A DNA stretch of 64,000 nt from Camelus dromedarius (Eukaryota): assembly GCF_036321535.1 (NCBI RefSeq), contig NC_087437.1:100566001-100630000 (forward strand), read 5' to 3'. This document shows, in pieces, positions 1 to 13,343 of the stretch (positions within the stretch are counted from its first letter, which is position 1; the number at the start of each line of letters is the position of its first letter). The notes under the pieces were generated by a model. The model ran no database searches, was not told the origin of the DNA, and saw only the letters and a list, made by a program, of their open reading frames with translations. The position numbers and the translations under genes are program-made.

Positions 1-145
1 TGTGCACTCTGCTTCTGGTCCTTGACCTTTATAAACCTAGAACCTAATAATACTTTAATCATTAATGGCATACAAGTATAGGACCATTAAGAACAGTTAG
101 CATGACCATTTTCTTAAAATGCCGTATTTTGAAGCATTTGAATCG

Positions 146-382
146 TTTTTTTTTTGCATTCTTTTTTATTGAAGTATAGTCATTTTACAATGCTGTGGCA
201 ATTTCTGGTGTACACCATAATAGTTCAGTTATACATATACATACATATATTCATTTTCATATTCTTTTTCATTATAAGTTACTACAAGATATTGAATATA
301 GTTCCCTGTGCTATACAGTATAAACTTCTTGTTTATCTATTTAATATATAGTAGTTAGTATTTGCAAATCTCGAACTCGCAA
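146..382 (-). mobile_element. 5'-truncated young LINE-1 3'UTR stub (camelid-type)
   Basis: Poly(T) then ttattgaagtatagtc...gaatatagttccctgtgctatacagta...tttgcaaatctcgaact, the reverse complement of an L1 3' terminus; TSD gaagcatttgaatc (131-144) / gaagcacttgaatc (383-396), one mismatch. Confidence 0.9.
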
Positions 383-1048
383 GAAGCACTTGAATCTTAA
401 AGCAAGAGGTTCATAGTCAAAAAACGACAATGAGGTTTTGGTAAAGCCAGGAAGATGAATCTAGAAATGCGTATGGAATGAGTTGAAGGTGCATACTACG
501 AGACAAGAGGCCTGAGCAAGTTGGCATGAGAAGAAAAAGGAACCAGGAAATGCTGGGAGGGTCTTTGATTACATCAAGATCCCAGTGGTGGCATTTTAGG
601 GTGAAGAACATAGATGGGGAGGAGCACTTTTAGCTAAGGGGCAAATAAAGGGAAGGTGAATAAAAGGGAGGGTGTTAGTTGGGAATGATTTTTGTAGTAG
701 ATTCAATGAAGTACTTCAGTATGTCTCAGTGGAAACGTAAGTTCATAGTAGAAGTCACCCAAATGAATTCCCCAGCAAAGCCTAATGTAAGCAAAAAAAA
801 TTAATCTGTTTCCTATCTTTCACTCTTAGATGATAAATAGGGCACTTTGTAGATTTTTGAAATCCTACCTCTTCATCCTCCCACCCCCATATTTGCCTTC
901 ACTCTTTTGCCCTTTCCATTATTCAAGCAGATCTGCTGTTCTGTGTTCTTTGCTTGGATAGGAATGTGGGAGGTGAAGGTTTGGTGAAATGAAGTTGGTT
1001 TCCATTTTCTCCCTGGCTTTTCCTTTCCAAAATGCTAAGGCTTCAAGG

Positions 1049-1073
1049 AAAAAAAAAAAAAAAAAAAAAAAAA
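1049..1073. repeat. Poly(A) tract, 25 nt
   Basis: Direct reading; no flanking TSD seen. Confidence 0.95.
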
Positions 1074-1624
1074 GGCAGAGCTGAGGATAAGAGTAGGGTA
1101 GATCTTCTCCAGGCACATAGCAACATTTCAAATGAGTTTGTAGAATTTGTGATTAAAGGGATCTCTGCCTTGCTCCTTAGGAAGAGCACTGGAGAAGTGG
1201 TAAGATGCCATCTGTTGCTGTTTTCTGATTGGATTCTGACTTACACACTGTGCTACTCATTTTTGATCTCTATAAACTTAGACCCTCACAATACTTTAAT
1301 CATTAATGATATACATATATATAGGATCACAAAGAAGACTTAGCACAGCCATTCTCTTCAGGTGCCATATTTTAGAGGCTATGTGGCAGCTTAGAGAATC
1401 ACACAGCTGTCCTATATCCCAGTATGGTATTGATGTAGAAAAAGTCTCCCAGAAGTAGCAGAGATTGTGTTGGACCTGAAGGGGCCATGCGTACAGAGCT
1501 GAGGCATATTTCAGTATGCCCTGCCTGCGCCAATGAGCAGAAGGAGGCAATCCCCAGTTTATGCCACTAGGATCAGATAACACACAGGGCCAGATAATCT
1601 TCTTTTGATGCTTAGGTTAAGAAA

Positions 1625-2445
1625 AGGAAAATAGCATGGAGGTTCCTCAAAATATTAAAAATAGAACTACTGTATGATTCAGCAATCCCACTTCTGGGTA
1701 TATACCAAAAGAATTCAAATCAGAGTCTCAAAGAGATATTAGCCCTCCTATGTTCACTGCAGCTGTTCACAATAGGCAAGATATGGAAACAACCCAAATG
1801 TCCACTGGGAGATGACTAAATAAAGACAATATGAATATATGTACAATGGGATATCATTCAGCCTTAAAAAAAAAAAAAGGATATCCAACCACTTGCAACA
1901 ACATGGATGGATGTGAAAGTCATTATGCTTAGTGAAATAAATCAGTCACAGAAGGATAAATACTGTGTGATTCCACTTACATGAAGTATCTAAAATAGTC
2001 AAATTTGTAGAAGCAGAAAAATAGAATGGTGGTTGCCAGGGGATGGGGGAAGAGAGAAGGGGCAGTTGTTCAATAGGTATAAAGTTACAGTTATACAAGG
2101 TAAGTTCTAGACACCTGCTGTACAACATAATGCCTGTAGTTAACAAAATAGAATTGTGTACTTAAAAATTTAAGAGGATGGAGTTCATACTAAGTGTTCT
2201 ACTCGGCCCCCTCAAATGAAACAAAAGAACAACAACAACAACAAAAAAAACCAGAGGAAAACCAAAGAGACCCAAGGAAACTTTTGGAGGTGATGGATAT
2301 GTTTATTACCATGATTGTTGTGATGAATCACAGGTGTACCCATACATTCAAACTCACCAAATTTTATACATTAAATATGTGTGGTTTTTGTTCTATCAGT
2401 TATGCCTCACTAAATCAATAAAAAGAAAACATAAAAAAGAGAAAG
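1625..2445 (+). mobile_element. LINE-1 3' end (L1MA10/L1MB-like)
   Basis: ORF2 C-terminal motifs (atggaggttcctcaaa, gcaatcccacttctgggtatatacc), then 3'UTR ggaaacttttggaggtgatggatatgtttattacc and an A-rich tail. Confidence 0.88.
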
Positions 2446-2459
2446 AAGCTTACTTTTTT

Positions 2460-2970
2460 CAGTTAATGTTTGGATTGTCCCCAAATCATTTATTGAACAA
2501 TTCATCTTCTTCAACTGATTTGAAATAACACTTTTATGACATACTGAAGTATTTTTATATATTTAGGTCTGTGTTTGCACTTTCTCTTTTCTCTCAATGA
2601 ATTTTTTAATCAATTTTAGAGGAGGTTTTGTGTTAATATTGTAGCTTTATAACTTATTTTATAAACAGTAGGGCTAGTTCTTCTGTGTTCCTCTTCAGAA
2701 TTTTCTTGTTTATTTTTGCTTGTTATATTTTGATATAAACTTTAAGATTAGTTTCCTTAGTTATAAGTATTGCTAGTATTTTTACTAGGATCAATTAAAA
2801 ATTATGGATTAATTAATGGGGATTTGCACTTTTATTATGTTGAGTTTTCCTTATCAAGAATATGGTGTGCTTTTCCATTTTTTTCACACCTATTTTTGTG
2901 TTCATTACTAATATTTTAAAGTCTCTTCATACAAATTTTGCACATTTTTGCAAATTTCTTACATTTCTTG
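2460..2970 (-). mobile_element. Old LINE-1 (L1ME-like) ORF2 fragment
   Basis: Decayed antisense L1 motifs: catttattgaacaat, gtagctttata, ttgatataaactttaagattagt, atgttgagttttcc. Confidence 0.7.
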
Positions 2971-2975
2971 CTGAG

Positions 2976-3150
2976 TGTATTAGTCAGGGTCCTGGCAAGA
3001 AAGAGATAGCAAATACTTAAATGGAATAATGGAGGAGAATTTAATGGAAGGGCTGTTTTCAGAGGTGTGGGAAAGGGTTAAGAAAACTCAATAAGGCAGA
3101 GTTAAAATATCCCATGATTAGTGACAGCAGAGAGTAGGAAGGGGGGAAAG
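2976..3150 (-). mobile_element. Old MaLR (MLT1-type) LTR fragment
   Basis: Begins tgtattagtcagggtcctggcaag and contains aatttaatggaagggctg...agaggtgtggg, as in antisense MLT1 LTR ends. Confidence 0.6.
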
Positions 3151-5059
3151 TTGACTCAATTCCTCACTATAAAATTTTAGAACTTTCAAACTGTGCAGGA
3201 AGTGAATTCTTAATACATATTAATGGTTTGATTGTTCAGGTGGAGAAGGAGTGAGGATGAATGCATTGATAGCTGACTTTTGTGCTGTGTGTAAATTTGG
3301 TCACACACTTGAAGCGTCAGAAGGAGAATCATAGGGTGGCAGGAGAGAATTAAATAATTCATCAGCTTCTCAGCCGACCTTTGGGATAATTCAGAAGGAG
3401 CACACAGGAGACTCTAAATAAATCCTGTTGAATAAATAAACTGGGAGCTACGGGTTATGTGATTTGCTTTTCTACTATTGTGAATTGGGAGAAAGATTTA
3501 AATTGTAGAAACAGCAATATTTCCAGCAAAATATCTACAAATTTCAAATACCCCTGCAAATAAGCGAATAAATTTATTTATATTGAATTTGAGTTATTCT
3601 TTTTTAGGGGTTATTTTATTTGGTGCATTTTATACAGGGAATCCAGGACTGCAAGTGTGTAGCACACTTTCTGAATACCTTTGAGTAAATGATTATTCCA
3701 TGATAATTGTCCATTAAAGGCAAATAGTAGACCCAATAACTTCTATTGGTTGTTTGTAGTGATTATTGGTTCTTTGAGATGTTTAAAAGAAGTTTTATAT
3801 TGTAATAATTACTATTTTAATTTTTGACTTGATTAATATAGTCAGTCAGTTAATCAGTTTCAGTAAACATACGGTAATGTAATGAGAATGTCAGTCCAGC
3901 TAGTAGAGGTGATGCTTAACTCTCCTCAAGAGGGCAGCAAAACCGCACAGCTCAGTTCTCAGAGCTCAGGATGAAAACCTTAAAAAGCTCGTTCAGAGAC
4001 ATTCCCTGACCTGATCATTCCTATTAGTCCAACTAATTAAACATAACATGTGCTGATATTTGTATTGGCATTTTATGGAAGTTTGGCCTTTTCTTTGTGA
4101 AATGAAAAAAAGATTCTTCTTTTTCATTTTTGGTTAGACAAAGGAACTACACTTGCTTGGGGTCTCAAAATGCATTATTTAAACAAGGCCAAATGTTTAA
4201 GTTAGCTACTGTGGATAACAAAGTAAGAGCTTCCCCTTATCCCAGATAATGTGACCAGATAATGGTTGTTTGACTTTATTGGGGCTATTTTGGAGATTGC
4301 CTTTCTCTCTATGTCCTATCCCGGGCAGAAGAACCTTCAAAGATATGTATCCTAGAGTGAAGAAAATTTGAAGATTGGTCCCAGGCAAATGGGAGAGAGC
4401 TGAACACATCCCGGCTCTGCTCTATCAAAGGAGATTTGGTCATTTTCTAGACCAGATTATAGGTGCGGCTTGTTATTACCACTTAACACATCTTCTTTTA
4501 GTACTTTCTGTTTCTGGCTCTCCAGGCACCATTCTTGTTCTTAGAAGGGGATCAAGTGATCCTGGTAAAGGTGTTACCTAATAGTGGTTCAAAATGTTTC
4601 TTCTATCTGGTGTATTTGCATTGAATAGAGGATATGTGAAGATTAGAAGATGTTTAAGGCATAAAGGAATGGATCATAGAATGGTAGCATTTTGGTCCTT
4701 AGCAGGTTTATCCTTTGTGTATAGTAGGCTTTCGCTAAATAGTTATTCAATAAATGAATAAAACCCTAAAAGAATAAATGAAAGATGTAGCTGCTCTTCC
4801 ATCTGTCCAAAGTACAGAATAGAAATTCTCTTCCTTTTTTCATGAGGCTGACTTTGATGGAGTAAAATTTAGCTTATTGTTAACAGAAATAGTGCAGGTA
4901 GATGATTCAGGCAGAAGTATTTGGTGATTCCTCATTACATTATGTTGAATAGGTTAAGAAAGGGTCAAAAAAGTTCCAGTAACATGGTGACCATGAATGA
5001 ACTTGAAGCTTGAACGTTAGGATTCTCATCTTTCAGCTCTTTAAAGGTTTTATAAGAAT

Positions 5060-5560
5060 TAACATTCATATTTATCAAGCAATTATTCTTTGCAAATCTC
5101 TGTGCTAGTCCTGTGTTGCAATTTACTACACAGTATAAAAAGGAGGATGTCATAATGCTGTCTTCAGTGAATTTATAATCTCCCTGGAGTCCCAAGACTA
5201 GCACACATGAAAACATCGGTGACCATAGAGGTACAGATTACTAATGCAGAAGAGTGAGTGGCATGCTTCAGGATTAAAGGGGCTAGTTCGAGATCCTACA
5301 CACAGAAAGAGGCCCTTGAGCAGATTCCTAGAGAGCAGATCGGGTTCAGATACAGAGAGAAAGGGAGGGTGTGCGAGGAAGAACAGCTTGTACAGAGATG
5401 GAGAAGGGATGAGCATGGTAGGTACATTCAGAAAACAAACTAGAGAATAATTGCAAATTGGGTGATAGGGCTCAAGTTGGAGAACTGATCTGTAATATAA
5501 AGGTTTGGGAACTTAAGCTACAGAAAAAGATGAACTATATATAACATTGTTGAGTAGGAG
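5060..5560 (-). mobile_element. LINE-2 3' region
   Basis: Decayed cattcatatttatcaagc...tgtgctag tail followed by a purine-rich body typical of antisense L2. Confidence 0.55.
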
Positions 5561-6052
5561 AGTAAAAGGTTAGTCTTGTTTCAAAACGGACCTCTCTCCA
5601 CTTCCATTGCTGTGGAAACCACCAAGAACTTTGGAGTAACAGTAAGAGGAGGAATGTTTAGGGATGGGTAAAGGACAGTGGGATCCATTTGCTTCTCAAC
5701 TCTGACTGTTACTGTGCTGAGTTATGTTTTTGAACCTATATTATGATATAGTTTAAGAAAGTAGGCTTAGAAATAACAAATCTATGTCTCAATTTCCATA
5801 CCAAGATAGTATTAGTGATAAATTCCAACCTGGATCCCATGTATGTATGACAGTCACTAGAGATCCACTTAAACTAAAAGATGAGATCCAATGATGGTAC
5901 AATTTTATTTTTCACTAAGAAACTATTTCTAACATTGAACACTGGTAAACTAATGGTTTGTTGGCAAGAAACATACCCTTTAATAGAAAGCCAACACGTT
6001 AAGTCAAGAACATTTTATTTCTTCCAAATGGAAATCCACTACAGAAGCAATG

Positions 6053-6054
<2 letters not shown>

Positions 6055-6096
<42 letters not shown>
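6055..6096. repeat. (GT)21 microsatellite
   Basis: Direct reading. Confidence 0.97.
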
Positions 6097-6099
<3 letters not shown>

Positions 6100-7254
6100 G
6101 AAACGAACATATATTGCAGAAACAGACACAGGATATTTTTATATATCAAACTAATGTCTTTGCCAGGTTGCAATTATGTACTTTCATGATACGAATATTA
6201 TCACTAACAGTCATTTCCAAACTAGCTTTCAGTTGAAGTGGCAAATTTGCCATTTTAATGACACATTTGAAAAGTTAGTTTCTTATAGAAGAGTACAAAT
6301 AAGTAAAATAAAACAGAATACATGGAGGAAAATATACCTCAAAATGCTGAGAATAGGATAAATAACTTCTTAAAGCCCTGGAGTCAGAGACATTTCAGCA
6401 CCTAACAGAATTTGGTAAGTGACAATGGAAAGCTATTTTGTTCATACACAGTTTGTTCATTTTCCGTTCTCCCTCACTCTCTTGCTCTCTCCCCTACACC
6501 ACCCCCCTACCTTACACTCACCCCTAGGTCTTGTTTTTTAATTCTTCCAGATTGTCAGTAGAGATTTCATACATGTTTTAAACTTGGGCATTTTCTCAAC
6601 CATGATCCTTTTTTTCCTTTTCTCCCTTTATATTCAAGTCATTGCAAGAATTTGATTTTTTTTTTTTTTTGTAGAATGTCTCAAAGTCTGTCACTTTTTG
6701 CTTTTCTGACTTCAAAGCAAGAATGTTGTGTTATTTGGCCACTTTTAACTTTGTTGTAACATTTTCTCCATAAATATCCCCATATGATCTCTATCTCCTC
6801 TAATGCTGAATAGCAACATTTATTTAATCTTTTTTGTTTTCTCCTGTCACCCCAAATATCCCATTTCCCACTTTCATTATTATCAGAATAAATTTATGTG
6901 CGTATATTTTGTTTTATTTTGTTTTCTAAAACAAATTCAAGATTATATATTTAAAATAACTTGGTAATTTAAATATGTAATTTAGATATTATTCCTGTTT
7001 TTAAGATTTGGAAGCTGAGAGATGAGAGGTCATGCCAACCAACAAATAGTTATTGAACATCTTGAATGGATCTAGGACAGCCCTCAGTGCTATAGGGAAC
7101 ATAAGAAATGTAAGTATTTGGAATATTTTAGCAATATTTCCTAACACCAGATTTGCAAGTACCACTGGAGAATGTGTTTCCTCATATACTTTATTCTTGA
7201 TGGTCATAAGAGTAGAAAATAACAAAGTTCTTTTGAGATAGTAGACTTCCCACT

Positions 7255-7510
7255 AATAGTAGCAGCAACAACACCTAATCTTTATTGAGGGCTTAATATG
7301 TACCAATCAGTTTTGTAATCACTTTTTATGTATTTATTTTTTCATTAAAGCAACCATGTGATATAATCATATTAATATACTCTTCAAATAAGAGATAATG
7401 TGGCAAAAAAAATTTTAAGTAACTTGCTAACGGTCACCCAGTTTGTAAGTGATGGAGCCATGGATTTGAACCTGGGTAGGCTATTTCTAGAACCAGCATT
7501 CATAACCACA
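7255..7510 (-). mobile_element. MIR SINE
   Basis: ttaagtaacttgctaacggtcacccagtttgtaagtgatggagccatggatttgaacctggg matches the antisense MIR core and tRNA-derived B-box region; tail tttattgagggcttaatatgtacc. Confidence 0.85.
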
Positions 7511-8309
7511 TTTACCATTCATTACTCTGTATTTCCTCTATATGCCCCACCAAGCTCACTCTAGTTAGGAGCATGACTATCTCATGGTGTGCCTTAGAGA
7601 AATTACAAATTGTTTTATATCAGAGACATTCCTGATTGTTTGGAAATAAGCAAAAATCAAGAATTTAAATGACAATTATAGAGAATTATTCTTGATCACA
7701 AAATACATACAACATAGTTGGAGAAGTTAGAGATATAGATGCAATTACTGTGCAAATTGGCCACATATATACTAGCATTGTAATCTGACATACAGAAACT
7801 CTAAGGAGGGCAGCACAGACAATAATTAGGGAAGAATTACTGGAGAGGGATCTAGAGTGCCTTGATGTATACAAGGAACTATTGTCTGAGAGTGTTGAAG
7901 AACGTGTAGGTTTTGCAGAGGGAGTGCTGGTTGGGGTGGGGGTGGGGGATGGGGAGGAGAGCATGAGGACAGAGGGGATGTGCTATTGGGAAACAACGAA
8001 AAGTGATGAGTGCCCCTTCCAAGCAGAAGCTTCGGGAGCTGCACTGTGGTTTGCCATGTTGTCTTTTCTTTTTTCTGTGAGACTGGCAATTTTTTAGACA
8101 AGGGCTTCTTCATCACCTTGACTCTCAGGGTGAAGAAGCATGAGATGGAGTCCCCCAAGGACCCATATTTCAAAGTTGAAATAAACTCTCTTACTGTTAG
8201 TCATTGAGATTCTGGGATCATTTATTGACACAGCACTTCTTAGCTTATATAAGTAGCTAGTAGGCAATTTCAGCATCCCAAGCATAAATGGTTAAGGATT
8301 TAGGCATGA

Positions 8310-9200
8310 AGAACAAGAGACCCATCTAAAAGTCAGTGTCAAGGAAGAATTGCAAGACTTGGTGACTGATGGGTTGTGAGGTGCAAAGATTTAGGCGAAC
8401 CTAGCAGGATAGCCTTAATCATTTTGGTTTGGGAGAATAAATCATTATTAAAAATGATGAAGTAAGGGTGGAAGGTGATTTGAAAGTTAGGACATAAACC
8501 CTTAAATCCTTTTCAAGGAGTTAAAGATATTACAAGGTGGAGTAAAGGAAAAATGTTATCAAGCAGAGATCACTTTGAAAAATTTGGTAGTTCAGAGGAC
8601 TTTCATAATACTGAGAAGGTGAACTACTTCAACAGAAGTCAGTAGAAGGTTTTTGTTTTATTATGTTTTTTTTTTAAAGTTAGGCTATACATTTGCATCT
8701 TTGGAATCATAAAAAGTGTAGAAATCCAGCAGTGTGGAAAAGATGCTGGGGAGATGGTTAAGTATGAGATTCAAGGTCCACAGAAATTAGGAAGGGGTGT
8801 GACTGAGAACGTAGAGGAATAATCTTTGGAGAGTGAAAGGGAAACATCTTCATTATAATTTTGGGGAGGAAGGGTTGACAGAGAGATAGTAGGCACTAAA
8901 ATGAGGACAGGGATTAGCATAAGACCAAAACTTGATAGTCACAGTGTCTTAATTTTCCATTAAAATTGGACAGGTTATCAGCTGAGGGAGAAGTAGGGAG
9001 AGAGCAGAGAAAAGAGTTTTTGAACTAGCCACTGAAAGGAGAAACCTGGTTGTGGTTAGGAGATTGCTGAATACAGAGGGCTCATTTGAAGTTAGACCAC
9101 AGGAATTTGTAATGGGACAAGTCTGAGAGCTCTCTGTCCTCTCAGGGGTGTTCAGTGTCCTGGGCACGGGCAGAAAAAGCTCACAGAGAGGCTGATCAGA
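8310..9200 (-). mobile_element. LINE-2 fragments
   Basis: Purine-rich decayed L2 motifs such as caagacttggtgactgatggg; boundaries approximate. Confidence 0.45.
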
Positions 9201-10869
9201 TTTGTGGTTTTTATGGGTTAAATTATTTGTCCAAGGTCATACTAGAATTCTGTTTAATCCCTTCTTATTTTTTTTTTTTTAAGAAAAATACAGTGTCTCC
9301 CCATGGACACATTTTTATTTTCCCGTGGTTCTGATAATCTTCACATTGGTTTGAAATTCAGCTCCTTTAACCACTGGGGCTTAGATTTCTTTTTTTACAG
9401 TTAGTTCTTTATAAAGAATGATTTTGGTTTTTGGGTAACCTTTCTACTTTCTCACTTTTTCATTTTGATAAACTTCTCAGGTAACTTTCACTGGTGGAAA
9501 GAATTTCCTGCATTTTTTTTTTAAATAAAAATTTGTCACCTCACTTAATTCATATGTAAGCTAATTAATGATCATTTTTAAATGCCTCATATATTCTGAA
9601 TGCTGTGCTAAAGCCCAAGGATACCAAGATAAATGAAATAAGGAATGTGTCCTTGATGTGCTTACAGAGGTCAAAACTCCAGCTGGGCAGCACCAGCTGA
9701 CAGCACCAGAAGCCGAGTAACTTGAAGCTTTTCAAGCTCCTAGAATTCTAGGGGCTTTTGCTCTAACTTGCTATTGAGGAACCTAGCTCTCTGAAAAAAT
9801 CCCTCCTCTCTCCCAGCCCATACCACCCCCAGTCCACATATACTTATTACTGGGTTGCTTTTCATCAACTTTGGTTAATCGTTACATGGAATGAACCATT
9901 TCTCCTCATCCTGCTTCAGTCCCCACTGATGAAAATGATACTTATTGTTGACACCATCTCATCCCGCTAGTCACCATACTCTCTCCACGGGTTTTGCCAT
10001 GTTTTTGCAGAAATGCTGCCACTTCTACAGGCTGTCCCAGTGTCTACTGATATATTGGAACCCTTGAGTATTAAAGATGATTGCTGTTCTGTTTTGACTA
10101 GAAAGCCAAGTTCTGTTTTCCTATCAGGTTACATCTATTCAGAAGAGAACCAGTGCAGTGTGCTTGATAGCTATCAGTTGATGTGGAAATGGCTACTACT
10201 TAACATATAGTGCTTGTGGACTCTGCTTTTAAATAAAATCAGCTGGAACCCACATTTTATGCTTTGTGAAGGTGTCAGCTCTTCCAGAAAGATCCAAGGG
10301 CATGTGGGTGGACGTGTGAGCACCTCTGATTCCAGTTTACTGTTTCTGCTGGACTTCTCTTTCCCTGGTGTCTAACACACCACATCTTTTGGTTCCACAG
10401 AGTGTTGTTTAATTATGGCACTTGGCTCCATATCAGTATCTACAAAGAAACTATCCTCACACAATCCTGAAATTTTTTTGGTGGGAAACAGGGAGAAATG
10501 CTTACAATTTAGAAATGCAGGCAAATTAAAATTGAATGTTACAAACTCTTATTAATGAAAGTCTGCTAGTGGGCATTTTTCACCCCTGAGTCATACTCTT
10601 CTCTTTCTTCTTTCCCTTTTCTGCTTCTTGCCTCTCATTTTTCCTACTCTGTTCAGAAGGAAATACATTCCTCACGTTGCCTCATGAATAAAATCCAGTG
10701 TTCATTTTGGTTGCCTTGGTTTTTCCTTCCAAATCTCTCCTTTTACCCTGTGAGCTTTATCAAATAAGGTGTTTCCCCAAATGTTTTTTCCTAGCTCTTG
10801 TAATCATAAAACGCTCAACCCCATTACAAGACTCACAATTCCATTAATCCAAATGATGTGAAAAAACTC

Positions 10870-11660
10870 CGGAGTGAAAAAATTGGTGCAGCCACTTGGG
10901 GAAGAGTTTGGCAGGATCAGCCTCATGCACAAGTGACCTGTGCAGTCACGGAGGACCCTGTGCTTAGAAGGGCCCCACACTTGTTTTAATATTCTCCTCT
11001 TTCTGTCTTGAAATTCTTAATAATTTTTGACTGAGGGGCTCTGGATTGTCACATATCACTGGGCCCAGAAAGTTACATAGGGAGTCCTGTAGTTTAGTAC
11101 TACCCACCAAAGCTGAGCAAACCCGGTGAATGACCCAGGGATTTCACTCTGGGACAAAAATCCAACTGCAGCTCATACCTATCTTCATCAGAAGATGGTA
11201 CAGAAATATTTATCTCAGTATTATTCATAATAGCCAAAAAACTAGAAACAACTGAATTTCCAGCAATAATGAATGGACATGTAAATTCAGTTATATTTAT
11301 ATAAAAATATGATACAGCGGAGAAGATTAATGATCTACTATGAAAAGTTACAGTGTATTAATGTCATAAACATAGTATCAGGGGAAAGAGGTGAGACAAA
11401 ATAAAAGTTTAAGATTCCATTTACTTAAGGTTTGTCAACAGGCACACTTACAATGCCAGAACAGTGTAGAGGTTGATTTGGGGGCACAGAGGTTCATAGT
11501 AATTGGGAGGGAATGTTATGGAGGCCTCAGAGATTCCGTTAATGTTTCATTTTTTGACCTGGGTGGAGGTTACGTGTGTGTCACTTTGTAAAGCTCTTAT
11601 ATTTATGTTTTATATACTTTTTGAATGTGTCTCATACATACAAAAAATTAAAAATAATAC
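10870..11660 (+). mobile_element. Old LINE-1 3' end (L1MC/L1ME-like), interrupted by MER91A
   Basis: aaattggtgcagccacttggg...tattcataatagccaaaaaactagaaacaac...tgacctgggtggaggttac and an A-rich tail. Confidence 0.75.
10912..11089 (+). mobile_element. MER91A-like hAT (Tip100) MITE
   Basis: CAGG...CCTG termini; internal gacctgtgcagtcac, agaagggcccc, tcttgaaattcttaataattttt; 8-bp TSD gagtttgg (10904-10911) / tagtttag (11090-11097), 6 of 8 match. Confidence 0.85.
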
Positions 11661-13343
11661 ATAGCTTGTTGTTATTGAGAAAAATTGGATTATCTGTTGT
11701 GAGCCGAGTAGAAACTCTTAAATCATCTCTGATTAAGTAACTCATTGTAATAATAGATGCTCTTCATTCCTGCTGTAAAACAGCACACTGTCAGAGATTA
11801 CAAGACTCGCTGGATGTTCGTATCCAGTAAGTTTCTTTCTTGTGGCCCATTTTAATAAGCCAACAAACTTCCACTTGGATGAGAAAAGGGCATCCATGGC
11901 CACATCTTCTTTCTCCGCTCATTTGTGGATGGACACTTAGGTTGCTTCCATATCTTGGCAATTGTACATAATGCTGCTGTGAACATTGGGGTGCGTGTAT
12001 CTTTTTGAATTGATATTTTTATTTTCTTTAGATATATATGCAGTGGTAGAATTCCTGGATCATGTAGTAGTTCTATTTTTAGTTTTTTGAGGAACCTCCA
12101 TATTATTTTCCAAGTTGATGTGGCAATTTATATTCCCAGTAACATTGTATAAGGGTTCCCTTTTCTCTACATCCTTGCCAACATTTGCTATTTGTGATCT
12201 TTTTGATAATAGCCGTTCTGACAAGTGTGAGGTGATATCTCATTATGGTTTTGGTTTGCATCTGATTAGGGATGTTGAGCATCTTTTCACGTGCCTGTTG
12301 GCCATCCATATGTCTTCTTTGGAAAGTACCTATTCAGATCTTGATATAAACAGTTTAATGGTAATTCATCAAGCTTTTATTTGCTTGTAAAACTCTCTCT
12401 CTCTTTCGGTTCTGAATGATAACCGTGCCGGGTAGAATATTCTTTCTTGGTTGTAGGTTTTTTCCTTTCAGCATTCTAAATATATCAGGCTACTCTCTTC
12501 TGCCCTGCAGAGTTTCTGCTGAAAGGTCAGCTCATGGTCTTATGAGAGATCCCTTGTATTTAACTAGTTGCTTTTATCTTGCTGCTTTTAAGATTTTTCT
12601 TTTATGTTTAAATTTTGCCACTTTAATTACAGTGTGTCTTGGTTTGGACCTATTTTGGCTCATCTTGTTTGATATTCTCTATGCTTTCTGACCTAGATGT
12701 CTGTTTCCTTGCTCAGATTAGAGAATTTTTAGTATTATTTCTTCAAATATGTTCTCTGCCCCTTTCTCTCTCTCTTCTCCTTCTTGGACTTGTATAATGT
12801 GAATGTGACTATGCCTGATGTTGTCCAAGAGGTCCCTTAAACTGTCCTTAACTTTCTTAATTCTTTTTAATTTTTTTCTTCTTCTTGGGTTATTTCTACT
12901 ACTCTACCTTCCAGATGGCTGATCCATTCTTCTTTATCATCTCATCTACTGTTTATTCCCTTTAGTGTAATTTCTATTTCAGTGATTGTACTGCTCAGCT
13001 CCGATAGGTTCTTTCTATATTTTATAACTTTTGTTGAAGTTCTCACTGTGTTCAGCCGTTTTTCTCCTGAGCTCTGTGAGCCACTTTGTGATCATTACCT
13101 TGAACTCTTTATCAGGTAGATTGCTTGTCTCTGTTTCATTTGGTTATTTTTCTGGGATTCTGTCTTGTTCTTTCATTTGGTACATATTCCTCTATCTCCT
13201 TAGCTTGCCTAATTCTCTGTGTTTGTTTCTTTGTATTAGGCAGAGATCCATTATGTCTTCTGATCTTGGAGAAGTGGCCTTATGTAGATGTGCTGTGGGG
13301 CCCAGCAGCATGCTCCCCTTAGGTCACGAGAATGAGTTCCCTG

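Noticed and set aside
1049..1073. Poly(A) as the tail of a processed pseudogene
   Set aside because: No TSD, polyadenylation signal or recognisable cDNA upstream
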